DNA from: an uncultured Eubacteriales bacterium
Lineage (GTDB): Bacteria; Bacillota; Clostridia; Lutisporales; Lutisporaceae
DNA: 64,000 nt
Reading direction: 5' to 3'
Assembly: GCA_963704785.1 (NCBI GenBank)
Contig: OY969939.1
Coordinates: 2,383,475-2,447,474 of the forward strand
Shown: positions 19,575 to 30,331 of the stretch, piece by piece
Position numbering within the stretch: position 1 is the first letter of the stretch
Layout: each line of letters opens with the position of its first letter
Program-made: the position numbers and the translations under genes
The notes under the pieces: model-generated
What the model was told of the DNA's origin: nothing
Database searches by the model: none
What the model saw: the letters and a program-made list of their open reading frames with translations, nothing else

Positions 19575-21034
19575 TTACTTATTCCACTTTAGCACTGGTG
19601 TTCTAGCTGCTTTTACTTCATCTAGTCTTCTAACTGGTGTGTCATGAGGTGCAGTCTTTAGAAGCTCTGGATTTGTCTTAGCTTCCTTAGCTATTTTAAT
19701 CATCGCATCAATGAAGTAATCCATAGTTTCCTTACTTTCTGTCTCTGTTGGCTCAATCATTATTGCGCTATCTACGATGAGTGGGAAGTAGATTGTCGGT
19801 GGATGATAGCCATAGTCTAGAAGTCTCTTTGCAATATCCAAGTGTTGATATCTCATGGCTATCAGGTCCTAAACCACCCAATACAAATTCATGCTTGCAA
19901 ATGCTATCAATAGGAAGATAGTAGATGGTTCTTAAGTCTTTCTTTCATATAGTTAGCATTAAGAACTGCCATTTCACTTGCTTTCTTAAGACCCTCTGCA
20001 CCCATAGTCAGTATATATGCATAAGCTTTAACCATAACACCAAAATTACCATAGAAGCTCTTTACTTTACCTATAGATAGAGGCTTATCATAATTTAACA
20101 CATATTTGTCAGCTTGCTTTTCTACAATTGGTACAGGAAGGAAGTCGACTAATTTCTTGGATACTCCAACAGGACCGCTTCCTGGACCGCCACCGCCGTG
20201 TGGGGTAGCAAAGGTCTTGTGTAGGTTCAAGTGAACCACGTCAAAGCCCATGTCTCCAGGTCTTGTAATTCCCATTATGGCATTTGTGTTTGCACCATCA
20301 TAGTATAAAAGACCGCCAGCTTCGTGTACTAGAGAAGCGATTTCCTTTATATTCTTTTCAAACAAGCCTAATGTGCTTGGATTTGTAAGCATCAAGCCTG
20401 CGATTTCATCGTTTAACGCAGCCTTTAAGCTTTCTAAATCAACTGCACCGTTTTTATCTGATTTGATTTCTACAATATCAAAGCCTGCTACTGATGCACT
20501 GGCTGGGTTTGTGCCATGAGCAGAGTCAGGAACTATTATCTTGTTTCTCTTATGGTCGCCTCTGTTTTGGTGGTAAGCCTTAATTATCATAAGACCGGAC
20601 AGCTCACCGTGAGCACCAGCTGCGGGCTGTAAGCTTACTTGCTCCATACCTGTTATTTCAGCAAGCATTTCAGCAAGCTTATACATTAGCTCAAGAGCAC
20701 CTTGCGCTGTTTCTACTGGCTGGTATGGATGTACGCCTGTAAGCTTTGGAAGTGAAGCCATATCTTCGTTTATCTTTGGGTTGTACTTCATAGTACAGGA
20801 GCCAAGAGGATAAAAGCCAGTATCAACTCCAAAGTTTTTATTTGAAAGCAGTGTAAAGTGTCTAACTACATCCACTTCACTAACTTCAGGAAGCTCTACT
20901 TCTTTTTCCTGAAGCATTTCTTTTGGGAATGTCTCGCTTAGATTTACTTCAGGCACATCACATGCAGGAAGAGTGTAAGCAATTCTGCCTTCTCTGGATA
21001 CTTCAAATATTAGTTTGTTATAATCCTTCATCAT
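19575..21034 (-). CDS. gcvPB: Glycine dehydrogenase (decarboxylating) subunit 2, interrupted
   Basis: ORFs 19907-21034 and 19575-19856 are collinear with GcvPB ([16 protein letters not shown]). There are two frame changes within 19.86-19.92 kb. Confidence 0.8.
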
Positions 21035-21042
21035 TACACCTC

Positions 21043-22388
21043 CTACATACCCTTCATGATATCAACCAATTGGTCGATTTCTGATTTTGTTCTCTTTTCT
21101 GTTACGCACAAAAGAAGTGCATTTTCCATGCATGGATAGTCACGAACCAGATCATAGCCACCGAGTATATCATGTTTTAAAAGCTCTGCATTTACTTCAG
21201 AAGCTTTTTTATTGCCTTTTACAACAAATTCCTTGAAGAATGGTTTGTTGAAAACAGGCTTGAATTTACCTGTAGCAATAAGCTGATTGTATGCATAGTG
21301 AGCTTTATTAGTGCTTTGCACTGCAACTTCCTTTAAGCCCTGCTTGCCCATAGTTGAAAGATATATAGCAGCAGTAAGTGCATTTAAAGCTTGGTTAGAA
21401 CAAATATTGGAGGTAGCCTTTTCTCTTCTTATATGCTGTTCTCTTGCTTGCAAGAGTAAGAACATAAGCTCTCTTGCCATCAACATCTGTTGTTTCACCT
21501 ATTATTCTGCCCGGAAGCTTTCTCATAAGCTTAGTTGTAGCTGCCATAAAGCCTAAGTATGGACCGCCGAAGCTTATGCTGTTTCCAAAGGATTGACCTT
21601 CGCCAACAACTATATCAGCACCTATTTCACCAGGAGTCTTTAGAATTCCAAGTGAGATTGGATCAACTACATTTACAATTAATAAAGCTTTGTTTTGATG
21701 TGTTATACTTTCTACTTCAGTTAAATCTTCAACTATACCAAAGAAGTTTGGATTTTGTACGATAACACCTGCTGTAGTATTTGATAAGGCCGCCTTCAAC
21801 TTTTCTATATCTGTAACACCATCTTGACTATCAATCTCTACTACTTCTACTCCAGCAAATCTCATATATGTTGCAAGTACCTTACGTACTTCAGGATGCA
21901 CTGTCTTTGAAACAACAATTGACTTTCTCTTTGTGTTTTCAGCAGCTAGCCTAGCAGCTTCAGCGCAGGCAGTAGCTCCATCATACATTGATGCATTTGC
22001 TACATCCATACCGGTAATATTAGCTATCATAGTCTGATATTCAAATATAACCTGTAAGGTTCCCTGGCTTATTTCAGGCTGATATGGAGTATAAGCTGTA
22101 TAAAACTCGGAACGTAAGGTAATATGCTTGATAACTGAGGGAATATAATGGTCATAAGCACCCGCCCCTAAGAAACATACCATATCATCTGTACTTTTAT
22201 TCTTGTTTGCAATACCATTTATATGCTTCGTAATCTCAAGTTCTGACATAGCCTCACCAAGGTTAAGCTTTCTGGAAAGTTTAACATCAGCAGGTATATC
22301 TGCAAACAGAGCATCAATTGAGTCTATTCCGATTGCTTTGCATCATTTGTTTTTCTTCAGTTTTTGTATTTGGTATATATGGAAACAT
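21043..22388 (-). CDS. gcvPA: Glycine dehydrogenase (decarboxylating) subunit 1, interrupted
   Basis: The N-terminal [15 protein letters not shown] starts at 22388. ORFs 21395-22249 and 21043-21498 continue the protein. There are two frame changes. Confidence 0.8.
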
Positions 22389-22399
22389 GTCATACCCCC

Positions 22400-22780
22400 C
22401 TATTGTTTGCTGCAATAGTCTTCATATGCTTCGGCATTCATAAGCTTATCTAGGTCTGACTTATCTGTTAATGAAACACTAACCAACCAGTTTGCATATG
22501 CATCTTGATTTAAAGCTGATGGGTCATCAACAACGGCTTCATTAGATTCAAGAACTGTACCTGAAACAGGCATATAAATGTCTGAAGCAGCTTTAACGGA
22601 TTCAACAGTACTAAAGGAATCTCTTATGCTAAATGTTGTATCTACTTCTGGCAATTCAACAAATACAATATCACCCAATGCATGTTGTGCAAAATCTGTT
22701 ATTCCTATATAAGCCTTTTCACCTTCTACCTTTACCCACTCATGATCTTCTGTGTAATATAAACCTTTTACTACGTTCAT
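22400..22780 (-). CDS. gcvH: Glycine cleavage system H protein
   Basis: 126 aa with the lipoyl-lysine motif ESVKAASD. Confidence 0.9.
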   Translation of the reverse strand: MNVVKGLYYTEDHEWVKVEGEKAYIGITDFAQHALGDIVFVELPEVDTTFSIRDSFSTVESVKAASDIYMPVSGTVLESNEAVVDDPSALNQDAYANWLVSVSLTDKSDLDKLMNAEAYEDYCSKQ

Positions 22781-22843
22781 TTTATTTCCTCCTAATATTC
22801 ATTTTATTTTTATCTAAAAGCTTAAATTCTTATTGAAGTTATA

Positions 22844-23950
22844 TTACTTCTTGTAGTTCTTAGTTAAGAACTTCTTGCTTATTACTTCTGCTTTAAGTGG
22901 TTTGTTTCTAACTATAATATCAAATTTTGTTCCTATCTCAGAATAATTTGCATCTATAAGAGCTAAACCAATATTTTTCTTAAGAGTTGGTGACATGTAG
23001 CCTGTTGTAACAGCGCCTATAACCTTGCCATCAACAGCAACTTCATAACCATGTCTTGGAATTCCCTTGTCTATCATTTCAAAGCCAACAGTTTTTCTTT
23101 TTAGACCTTCCGATTTTTGCTTTACTAAAGCATCCTTACCAATGAAGTTTTCTTTAGTAAGTTTGACAAACATACCAAGTCCGGCTTCAAGAGGACTAAC
23201 ATCTTTTGATAGTTCATTGCCATATAAGGGCAGTGTTGCTTCAAATCTAAGAGTATCTCTGCAGCCAAGTCCGCAAGGCTTAATACCTAAATCCTTACCT
23301 GCTTCCATTATTTTATTCCAAACTGTTTCTATATCCTTATTTGCTGAATATATTTCAAATCCATCTTCACCTGTATAGCCTGTTCTTGAAATAAGACATT
23401 TTATACCTGCAACATTTACATCTCTTTTACAGAAGAAAAACTTAACTTCATCAAGATTTGTATCTGTTAGCTTTTGTAGTATTTCTTGTGCCTTTGGACC
23501 TTGAAGAGCTACTTCGGATATTTGATCTGATAGGTTAGTAAGTGTTACATTGTAGTTTCCCTTATTGTCTTTCATCCATTGGAAGTCTTTGTCTACATTA
23601 CTTGCGTTTATTACTAGATAGAAGTGTTGGTCGTCAAATTTATAAACAAGTAGGTCGTCAACTACCCCTCCGTCAGGGTAACACATAAGTGCATACAATA
23701 CCTGATTGTTCTGCAATGCAGAGGCGTCATTTGTTACGAGGTTTTGAACAAAGTTAAATGCTTCAGGACCCTTTACATCCACTTCACCCATATGAGATAC
23801 ATCAAAAATTCCAGCTTGATTTCTTACAGCTTCATGCTCAGAAATTAAGCCCTCATATTGTACAGGTAAAGCCCAGCCTGCAAAATCTATTACCTTGCCG
23901 CCAAATTTTTCGTGAGTACAAAAAAGTGCTGTTTTTTTAACATTTTCCAT
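22844..23950 (-). CDS. gcvT: Aminomethyltransferase (glycine cleavage T protein)
   Basis: 368 aa, intact, and the first gene downstream of the glycine riboswitch. Confidence 0.9.
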   Translation of the reverse strand: MENVKKTALFCTHEKFGGKVIDFAGWALPVQYEGLISEHEAVRNQAGIFDVSHMGEVDVKGPEAFNFVQNLVTNDASALQNNQVLYALMCYPDGGVVDDLLVYKFDDQHFYLVINASNVDKDFQWMKDNKGNYNVTLTNLSDQISEVALQGPKAQEILQKLTDTNLDEVKFFFCKRDVNVAGIKCLISRTGYTGEDGFEIYSANKDIETVWNKIMEAGKDLGIKPCGLGCRDTLRFEATLPLYGNELSKDVSPLEAGLGMFVKLTKENFIGKDALVKQKSEGLKRKTVGFEMIDKGIPRHGYEVAVDGKVIGAVTTGYMSPTLKKNIGLALIDANYSEIGTKFDIIVRNKPLKAEVISKKFLTKNYKK

Positions 23951-24008
23951 TACTGTCCTCCTAAATATAAATTGTTTGATGAGATGTGTTTTAGATTATT
24001 ATGCACAA

Positions 24009-24238
24009 AAAGAGGTATAAAATGTCATAGTAATCTATTATGCCATTTTATACCTCTGTTTTTTTACCTGAGAGCTTCACTTTTAATCGCTTTCTCCTTC
24101 GGTGCTAAACGCTTTTCAGAGTTCCATCCAATAACGGTACATTTGCCTGAAAGTTTCTACGAAAACCGGCGTTTTTCAAATTGCTTCTTCGGCTCCTTGA
24201 AGGGCTAAATTCTGAACCTTCAAGGCATCTCCCGTTAT
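24009..24238 (-). promoter_or_regulatory. Tandem glycine riboswitch with terminator expression platform
   Basis: Minus strand. Aptamer 1 (24131-24238) has an ATAACGG/CCGTTAT P1, GGGAGA, GGAGCCGAAGAAGCAA and CTTTCAGGCAAATGTAC. Aptamer 2 (about 24050-24128) has GGAACTCTG..GCACCGAAGGAGAAAGCG..CTCTCAGGTAAAAAAACAGAGG. A 14-bp terminator AGAGGTATAAAATG/CATTTTATACCTCT plus a T-run follows at 24009-24058. Confidence 0.85.
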
Positions 24239-24499
24239 CATCATATGGATATTTAATTATTTTGGATAAATAGTATATCCTAAGCAAATATTTTATCATA
24301 GAAAGGAGTAAAAATCAACCAATTGTTGTATAGTAATAGTGTATTATAGAGGTATAATCATGACTATTTTTTAACGATTCCTTTTCAAGTTTTACACTCT
24401 AAATATAAATTATTGACAGTTATCAGAGACTAAATTAATATTAAATACAATCGATAAAAAATGAAACAGTTTGAAATTTAATGTATTGAGGTGAAGGTT

Positions 24500-25171
24500 A
24501 TGAGTAATATAAGCATAATGGAGATAATGGGACCTGTAATGATAGGTCCATCAAGCTCACATACTGCAGGAGCAGAGAAGCTTGGTAAGGCGGCAAGTAG
24601 CATAGGAGGAAGTGACTTTGATGAAGCGTTGTTCTACCTTCACGGCTCATTTGCAAAGACATATATGGGACATGGAACAGATAAAGCTCTAGTAGCAGGT
24701 ATCCTGGGTATGGAGCCTGATGATGAGCGACTTAAGGATTCTTTTGATATTGCAAAGAAAAAGGGCATAAGTGTTGATTTTATAGAGGCCGATCTTGGAG
24801 AGGTACATCCGAATACTGTTAAAATAGTTTTAAAAAATAAGGGACAGGTAATATTGATGATAATGGGCTCTTCAATTGGGGGCGGCAATATACTTATAAC
24901 TGAAATTGACGGTTGTAGCTTAGAGATAAGCGGAAAATACCACGTGGTAATAGTTAAGCATAAGGATGCTCGGGGAATGGTAAGCAAGATTACTGGAGCT
25001 TTAGCACAGAGCAATGTAAATATTGCAACCCTAACGGTAAGTAGAGAGAGTAAAGGAGAGGTTGCAACCACTATAATAGAGACTGATAATAAAACACCAG
25101 AAAGTGCGGTGGAGGCGATTCTTAACATGGAAAATATAATATCGGTAAAAAGAGTAGCCGCTATTGCTTAA
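24500..25171 (+). CDS. sdaAB: L-serine dehydratase, iron-sulfur type, beta subunit
   Basis: MSNISIMEIMGPVMIGPSSSHTAGA N-terminus plus a C-terminal ACT-like region. Confidence 0.85.
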   Translation: MSNISIMEIMGPVMIGPSSSHTAGAEKLGKAASSIGGSDFDEALFYLHGSFAKTYMGHGTDKALVAGILGMEPDDERLKDSFDIAKKKGISVDFIEADLGEVHPNTVKIVLKNKGQVILMIMGSSIGGGNILITEIDGCSLEISGKYHVVIVKHKDARGMVSKITGALAQSNVNIATLTVSRESKGEVATTIIETDNKTPESAVEAILNMENIISVKRVAAIA

Positions 25172-25207
25172 TTAAAACACTTTGTGATAGGAATATTGGA
25201 GGATAAT

Positions 25208-26083
25208 ATGTATAGCAAAGCATATGAAATTTTGAAGCAAGCAAAGGAAGAAAACTGCAAAATCAGTGATATAGTACTAAAGAATGAATGTAAGCTGGCA
25301 GAAGCTAGTGAGGAGACCGTAAGAGACAGAGTAAGAGCTGTGCTTAAGGTTATGCGTGAGGCTTCTGAATCAGCAATAAAGAAAGAAACTACATCTATAA
25401 GTGGTTTAATCGGTGGAAATGCTGTTAAAGCAGATAAATATAGAGCTGTCGGAAATACTGTATGTGGCGATACTGTGAACAGAGCAATAGCAAGAGCACT
25501 GTCAAGCTCAGAGGTAAACGCTTCTATGGGAAGGATAGCTGCTATGCCTACAGCAGGTGCCAATGGAATAGTACCCGCTGCGGTTATCACTGCCGGAGAA
25601 AAACTTGGAGTAGATGAGGAAGCAATGATAGATGCATTGCTTACAGCTTCAGGTGTAGGACAGATAATAAAAAAGAATGCTACACTAGCAGGAGCTGAGG
25701 GAGGCTGTCAGGCAGAGTGCGGAGCAGCTGCGGCAATGGCGGCGGCAGCCGTGGTTGAGATGTATGGAGGTACACCTGAAATGGCTTTTCACGCATCAGC
25801 AATTGCTTTGAAAAGTGTTTTAGGACTTGTGTGTGATCCTGTGGCAGGTCTTGTGGAGGTACCATGTTCTAAACGAAATGCATCAGGAGTGGTAAACGCA
25901 ATGGCAAGTGCTGATATGGCATTAGCAGGTATAACAAGTGCTATACCATTTGATGAAGTGGTAGATGCAATGTTTAAAATAGGAAAGGTAATGCCTGTGT
26001 CGCTTAGGGAAACTGCTTTGGGAGGCTTGGCTGCTACACCAACAGGTCAAGCTATAAGATGCAGACTGGTTGACAAAAAATAA
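25208..26083 (+). CDS. sdaAA: L-serine dehydratase, alpha subunit
   Basis: GGAGG SD 6 nt before the ATG at 25208. Motifs are typical of SdaAA: AAMPTAGANGIVPA and GGCQAECG. Confidence 0.85.
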   Translation: MYSKAYEILKQAKEENCKISDIVLKNECKLAEASEETVRDRVRAVLKVMREASESAIKKETTSISGLIGGNAVKADKYRAVGNTVCGDTVNRAIARALSSSEVNASMGRIAAMPTAGANGIVPAAVITAGEKLGVDEEAMIDALLTASGVGQIIKKNATLAGAEGGCQAECGAAAAMAAAAVVEMYGGTPEMAFHASAIALKSVLGLVCDPVAGLVEVPCSKRNASGVVNAMASADMALAGITSAIPFDEVVDAMFKIGKVMPVSLRETALGGLAATPTGQAIRCRLVDKK

Positions 26084-26158
26084 AGCTAAATCTAAAATAG
26101 AGCTTGTATGGAATAATTTGATATATATTTTTTGATATAGGGAAGAAGGGGTTTAAGT

Positions 26159-27013
26159 ATGTATACAAAGAAGCCTGAATGGCTCAGAATGAAAATTCAA
26201 GGTGGTCAAATTTCAAGTGAGGTTAATAGCATTTTAGAAGAACTCTCTCTAAACACTGTATGTAAAGAAGCAAACTGCCCAAATAGAATGGAATGCTTCA
26301 ACAACAGTACAGCAACCTTTATGATTCTTGGAAGTGTTTGCACAAGAAATTGTACCTTCTGTAATGTTACAAAAGGGAAACCGCAGGAAGTCGATATTGA
26401 AGAGCCTAGAAAGGTTGCAATTGCTGTAGACAAGCTTAAACTAAAACATGCAGTTATTACCTCCGTTACTCGTGACGATTTGGACGACGGAGGAGCAAAC
26501 CAGTTTGTAGAAGTAGTGAAAGAGATTAGAGCGTTAAATAAGGGCATAACAGTAGAAATCCTTATACCTGATTTTGGTGGGGATTCTTCGTCCCTTGCTA
26601 AGGTTATAGCTGTAAAGCCCGATATATTAAACCATAATATAGAAACAGTACCTGTATTATATCCGACAGTAAGACCTAAGGCTATATATAAGCGTTCTCT
26701 AGAATTGCTCAGCAGAGTAAAGGAATCTGATTCATCGATTTTTACTAAGTCTGGTATTATGCTGGGACTGGGTGAAACAGAGGAGGGCGTTGTTAATGTA
26801 ATGAAGGATTTGAGAAGTGTCGGCTGTGATATTATGACAATAGGACAATACTTAGCGCCTTCAATCAAGCACCATCCTGTAGTAGAGTATGTACATCCTG
26901 ATATATATGCAAAATACAAGAATATAGGAATGGAGCTGGGATTTAAGTATGTAGCTTCATCACCTTTGGTAAGAAGCTCGTATCATGCTGGTGAGGTATT
27001 TGCAGAGAAGTAA
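26159..27013 (+). CDS. lipA: Lipoyl synthase
   Basis: CPNRMEC auxiliary-cluster motif plus the radical-SAM triad CTRNCTFC. Confidence 0.9.
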   Translation: MYTKKPEWLRMKIQGGQISSEVNSILEELSLNTVCKEANCPNRMECFNNSTATFMILGSVCTRNCTFCNVTKGKPQEVDIEEPRKVAIAVDKLKLKHAVITSVTRDDLDDGGANQFVEVVKEIRALNKGITVEILIPDFGGDSSSLAKVIAVKPDILNHNIETVPVLYPTVRPKAIYKRSLELLSRVKESDSSIFTKSGIMLGLGETEEGVVNVMKDLRSVGCDIMTIGQYLAPSIKHHPVVEYVHPDIYAKYKNIGMELGFKYVASSPLVRSSYHAGEVFAEK

Positions 27014-27018
27014 AGAAC

Positions 27019-27044
27019 AAGACTTGGATGGTTATCCAAGTCTT
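27019..27044 (+). terminator. lipA terminator
   Basis: AAGACTTGGAT-GGTT-ATCCAAGTCTT followed by ATTT. Confidence 0.6.
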
Positions 27045-27127
27045 ATTTAATATGTAAGGGTAATGTTTTAGAATTTACTCTGACATATATTTTCCTAATA
27101 TTTTATATTTGTAATCTTAAAATATAA

Positions 27128-27727
27128 TTATCTAAAAAGATATGTGGATAATGGAACTAATTCATTTTGGAGTTTATTATATATTGTATTGATGTCTAAA
27201 TCTTTTATAAAATCACCACAATCAGAGCCTTTTGTATAGATTTTATCAGCTTTATTAAATAGAAATTTCATCTTTTCATTTCCATCTTTTCCTTTTGGCA
27301 TTGTAGTGTCTATTTTTAAAAACTTACATATTCCATTTGTGTCAATCAAAAACCAATCCTCAATCATACGTACAGCTTTTATTTCATTTACTTTTAATGC
27401 CCCCAAACCTTTTAACTCTATCTTTACATTAGCCCAATTTACAGGAGGTTTTATAGAAAAGTCAAAAACATCAGTATCATATGCACAAATAACTTTGAAC
27501 TTAGTATCTTTATTTTTAGTTAATATTCTATTTTTAAATATTCCTATTAACTTTTTAGAGAAATTACCTATTCCATGTAAATCCACAATCTCTATAATAT
27601 CTACTCTAGTTTTTAAAGGATTTTGTTTAATAATATAATCTACTAATGCTTTATAAAATATTTTATCAGTTGACCCTTCTGCGAATATTACTAATCCTTT
27701 ATTAAGTATTCTCTTATTCTTACTCAT
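27128..27727 (-). CDS. Toprim-like (DUF4276/RloB/OLD-type) small protein
   Basis: 199 aa from the ATG at 27727, 2 nt after the ATPase stop. It has LVIFAEGSTDKIFYKAL (Glu motif) and a later CAYDTDVFD (DxD-like motif). Confidence 0.5.
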   Translation of the reverse strand: MSKNKRILNKGLVIFAEGSTDKIFYKALVDYIIKQNPLKTRVDIIEIVDLHGIGNFSKKLIGIFKNRILTKNKDTKFKVICAYDTDVFDFSIKPPVNWANVKIELKGLGALKVNEIKAVRMIEDWFLIDTNGICKFLKIDTTMPKGKDGNEKMKFLFNKADKIYTKGSDCGDFIKDLDINTIYNKLQNELVPLSTYLFR

Positions 27728-27729
27728 TA

Positions 27730-29021
27730 TTAATGCTCCATAAATGAACAAAGAAAACAATTATCCTTATAACTATCTATTAATAAATCGAATATATAGT
27801 CTCCTATTGATGTTTCTTGTTCAGAGGCATATTTAGTTATTGTCTTTTGCATTGATTTTCTTACCCTTCTAAAATTTGCAGTACCATCTTGAAAAGGAAT
27901 ACCTATATAAACCCTATCTAAATTAAAATATTGGATTAAATAAGGTGAATGACTTGATATTAAGATTTTACAATTTCCAATTAATTCAGTCAATATTATA
28001 ATCAGTTTTTGAAACAAGTATGGATGTATTGAATTTTCAAGCTCTTCAAATGTTATTAATGATGTTTTATTTAATTCTGCTAATACTGCAGATGTTAAAA
28101 GAACGAAAATTCTTTTGATCCTGTAGACATCATTTTCATACTAGTTAATTGATTATTATACTTTTCCTTCACTTTTATATCGTATATTTTTTCAGGAATT
28201 TTAAAAGGCAATGATTTTTTTTCGATTTCACCTTGAATATTTGTACTAAAATCAGTACACACAGGCTCAATCTCTTCAATAGTTGGGACAAGACTTTTAA
28301 AAGAATTTATTAACAAATTATATTTGTCAAAATGCTTTTCTCTAAGATAATATACGATATTAGAAATATTATAGCCATTATCCTTATCCAATTGCAAAAT
28401 ATCTTCTTCATCCTGAGTATTAAAAGAAATTACTTCAAATACTTTAGCTACATCTAAAAAACTATTGAAATCAAATCTTAAGTCATTGAGCTCATTTATT
28501 ATTTTTGAATAGTAAACTTCAACATCATTTAACTTATTAACAATTAAATCATTAATACTCACATCTATTTTAGTATCTGCTCTACCTGTCCTCGATGATT
28601 TATAGCATAACTTTTCACTCGTTCTATCTATTAACTTTGAAAACTTACTATTACCATTTTCTTTAATTTTCAAACTCTCATTTATTATCCTAGACCCTTT
28701 ATTCATATTTTTAATCCATTCAAATGAAAATTCATAACTAACAAGTATTTCGGTATCATCTAAGCTAGACTTAAATTCTATAGCAAAAGTGAAGTTATTA
28801 TCTTGTGTTTTATTGTTAATAGGTACACTTCCTATATGCTTCATCATCTTACTTTTTATTTTACTAGGCAGTTTTATGAAGTTTTCAGCAAACTTTATAC
28901 CATCTAGTATATTTGATTTACCATAGTTATTAAGAGCTATTAAAGCAGTAATGTCACTAAATTCAATTATAGTATTAAAAACATTTCTAAAACCATCAAT
29001 TTTCATTTTTGTAATTTCCAT
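27730..29021 (-). CDS. ABC/SMC-like ATPase (AAA_15/AAA_21 type), one frame break
   Basis: GGAGG SD 5 nt before the ATG at 29021. P-loop is ALNNYGKSN. Adding one base to the T4 run at 28113-28116 fuses ORFs 28095-29033 and 27730-28017, giving ...MSTGSKRIFVLL..FEELENSIHP..ILISSHSPYLI. Confidence 0.6.
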
Positions 29022-29182
29022 TGTTACCTCCAAAAGAAATAAAATATTTCATATAATTTTGATTATATTATTAGTATATACTTATTCTATGGAGTTATGC
29101 AATGATTTGTTTCATATTAAAAAAAGTTTGTTCCATTATGTATTCTGAGCTGTATAATATAACTTATGAAGTTAAGAAAAAT

Positions 29183-29234
29183 AAGCAAAATGAGAGGTTT
29201 AAGAAAGTGATTTCTTAAACCTCTCATTTTGCTT
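29183..29234. repeat. Perfect 24-bp stem hairpin
   Basis: AAGCAAAATGAGAGGTTTAAGAAA-GTGA-TTTCTTAAACCTCTCATTTTGCTT, upstream of the ATPase gene. Confidence 0.7.
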
Positions 29235-29311
29235 AAACTAATTATTATAATCCAACACTGCCCAAGTTTGATAATTATCAACTATATCAGTACGGTCTGG
29301 TTCTTTATATA

Positions 29312-29341
29312 AAAGCAGCGGGTTCGGTTATTTTTGCTTTT
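29312..29341 (+). repeat. 30-nt hairpin repeat, copy D (diverged) and left edge of duplicated unit 1
   Basis: AAAGCAGCGGGTTCGGTTATTTTTGCTTTT. Confidence 0.6.
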
Positions 29342-29635
29342 ATGGAGTCTGTTCTGTCTACCATACTCTTTGATATTCCTGCCAGGTTCGTCCTTTTTAT
29401 CGCTCAAAGTACAAATCACTTTTATTGAGATTTTTATTAAATTTTTCCAACATATTACTCATACTTAAAATACTACATGAATTTTTCATTATTACTGTAA
29501 ATAGCAATATCACAAGCTGTTATAAAGTCACTTGAATTACTGATTTTAGATGAACCAACAAGAGAATTAGACAAAAAAAGTGTGGAATCTATTCGTACAC
29601 TTTTTCTTAAAAATAAGGAGACACACATCAGATAG
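29342..29635 (+). pseudogene. Degenerate ABC-transporter ATPase fragment
   Basis: Multiple stops, but ...AISQAVIKSLELLILDEPTRELDKKSVESIRTLF retains the signature-to-Walker-B region. Confidence 0.6.
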
Positions 29636-29990
29636 ACAGTTATTGGCAATGTATTCACTAAATAAGAAGCCAGGGGCTTTAGCACGTTGCTGATATCCCT
29701 TCTGGGTTGATTTATTATATAAAACAAGTATATTTATCTTACCATCATATTCACCTATATATAGATAGCCTATTCCTTTGTCATCAACAATCCAGGCTTC
29801 GGGATATTTAAAGCTAAAGCCATATTTGCTAAAGTTATAGGTATAATCAGAAGCTTCTTTGTAATCCTCTGTATTGTCAGATACTTTTTTAATATTACTT
29901 GGATTCCACTTGCCCTTTACCACACCCTACAACTAACAATGAAATGGTAAATATTAATATAATTAGTACCACAATCTTTTTATGACTCAA
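29567..29990 (-). pseudogene. Deleted and frameshifted paralog of the 31601-32187 lipoprotein gene
   Basis: TTG start with the signal peptide SHKKIVVLIILIFTISLLVVGC. Relative to unit 2 it has an 11-nt deletion and an internal deletion, and its 3' end runs antisense into the ABC fragment. Confidence 0.6.
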
Positions 29991-30023
29991 TCTATATCCC
30001 ACCTTGTTTTTATAGAACAACAA

Positions 30024-30098
30024 GGTGCTAGGCCCGACAAATAGACAGTTAATAAGAAATATATTGTGAATAACTGTCTAACTGACTAGCCTGGCACC
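30024..30098 (+). repeat. Two-tier hairpin element, copy X2
   Basis: Outer stem GGTGCTAGGC/GCCTGGCACC (one wobble); inner stem AGACAGTTA/TAACTGTCT. Confidence 0.55.
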
Positions 30099-30331
30099 TA
30101 TTGTAATATTCCTGCCATATTCTAGTTTTAATAAACTAATTAGATCAACTTATATGTTTTATTATTGGTTTATAACTGTCTCAGTATGTTGTGTGTTTAC
30201 ATTTGTTTGATTGTTAGTATTTTTTGTATTGGTGAAAGTCCAGCTACAACTACAATAAAATATACTGCCAATATAGAAACAACAGTAATTAAAATAATTT
30301 TAAGTTTTTTATTAATAGTATCACCTCCTAT

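Noticed and set aside
24640-26919. Long antisense ORFs inside sdaAB, sdaAA and lipA (24640-25128, 25168-25590, 26206-26919)
   Set aside because: They are shadow frames opposite well-supported genes, with low-complexity Ser/Pro/Leu-rich translations. Many similar track entries (e.g. 8967-9275, 18867-19322, 54279-54722, 55596-55949, 56301-56654) are rejected for the same reason.
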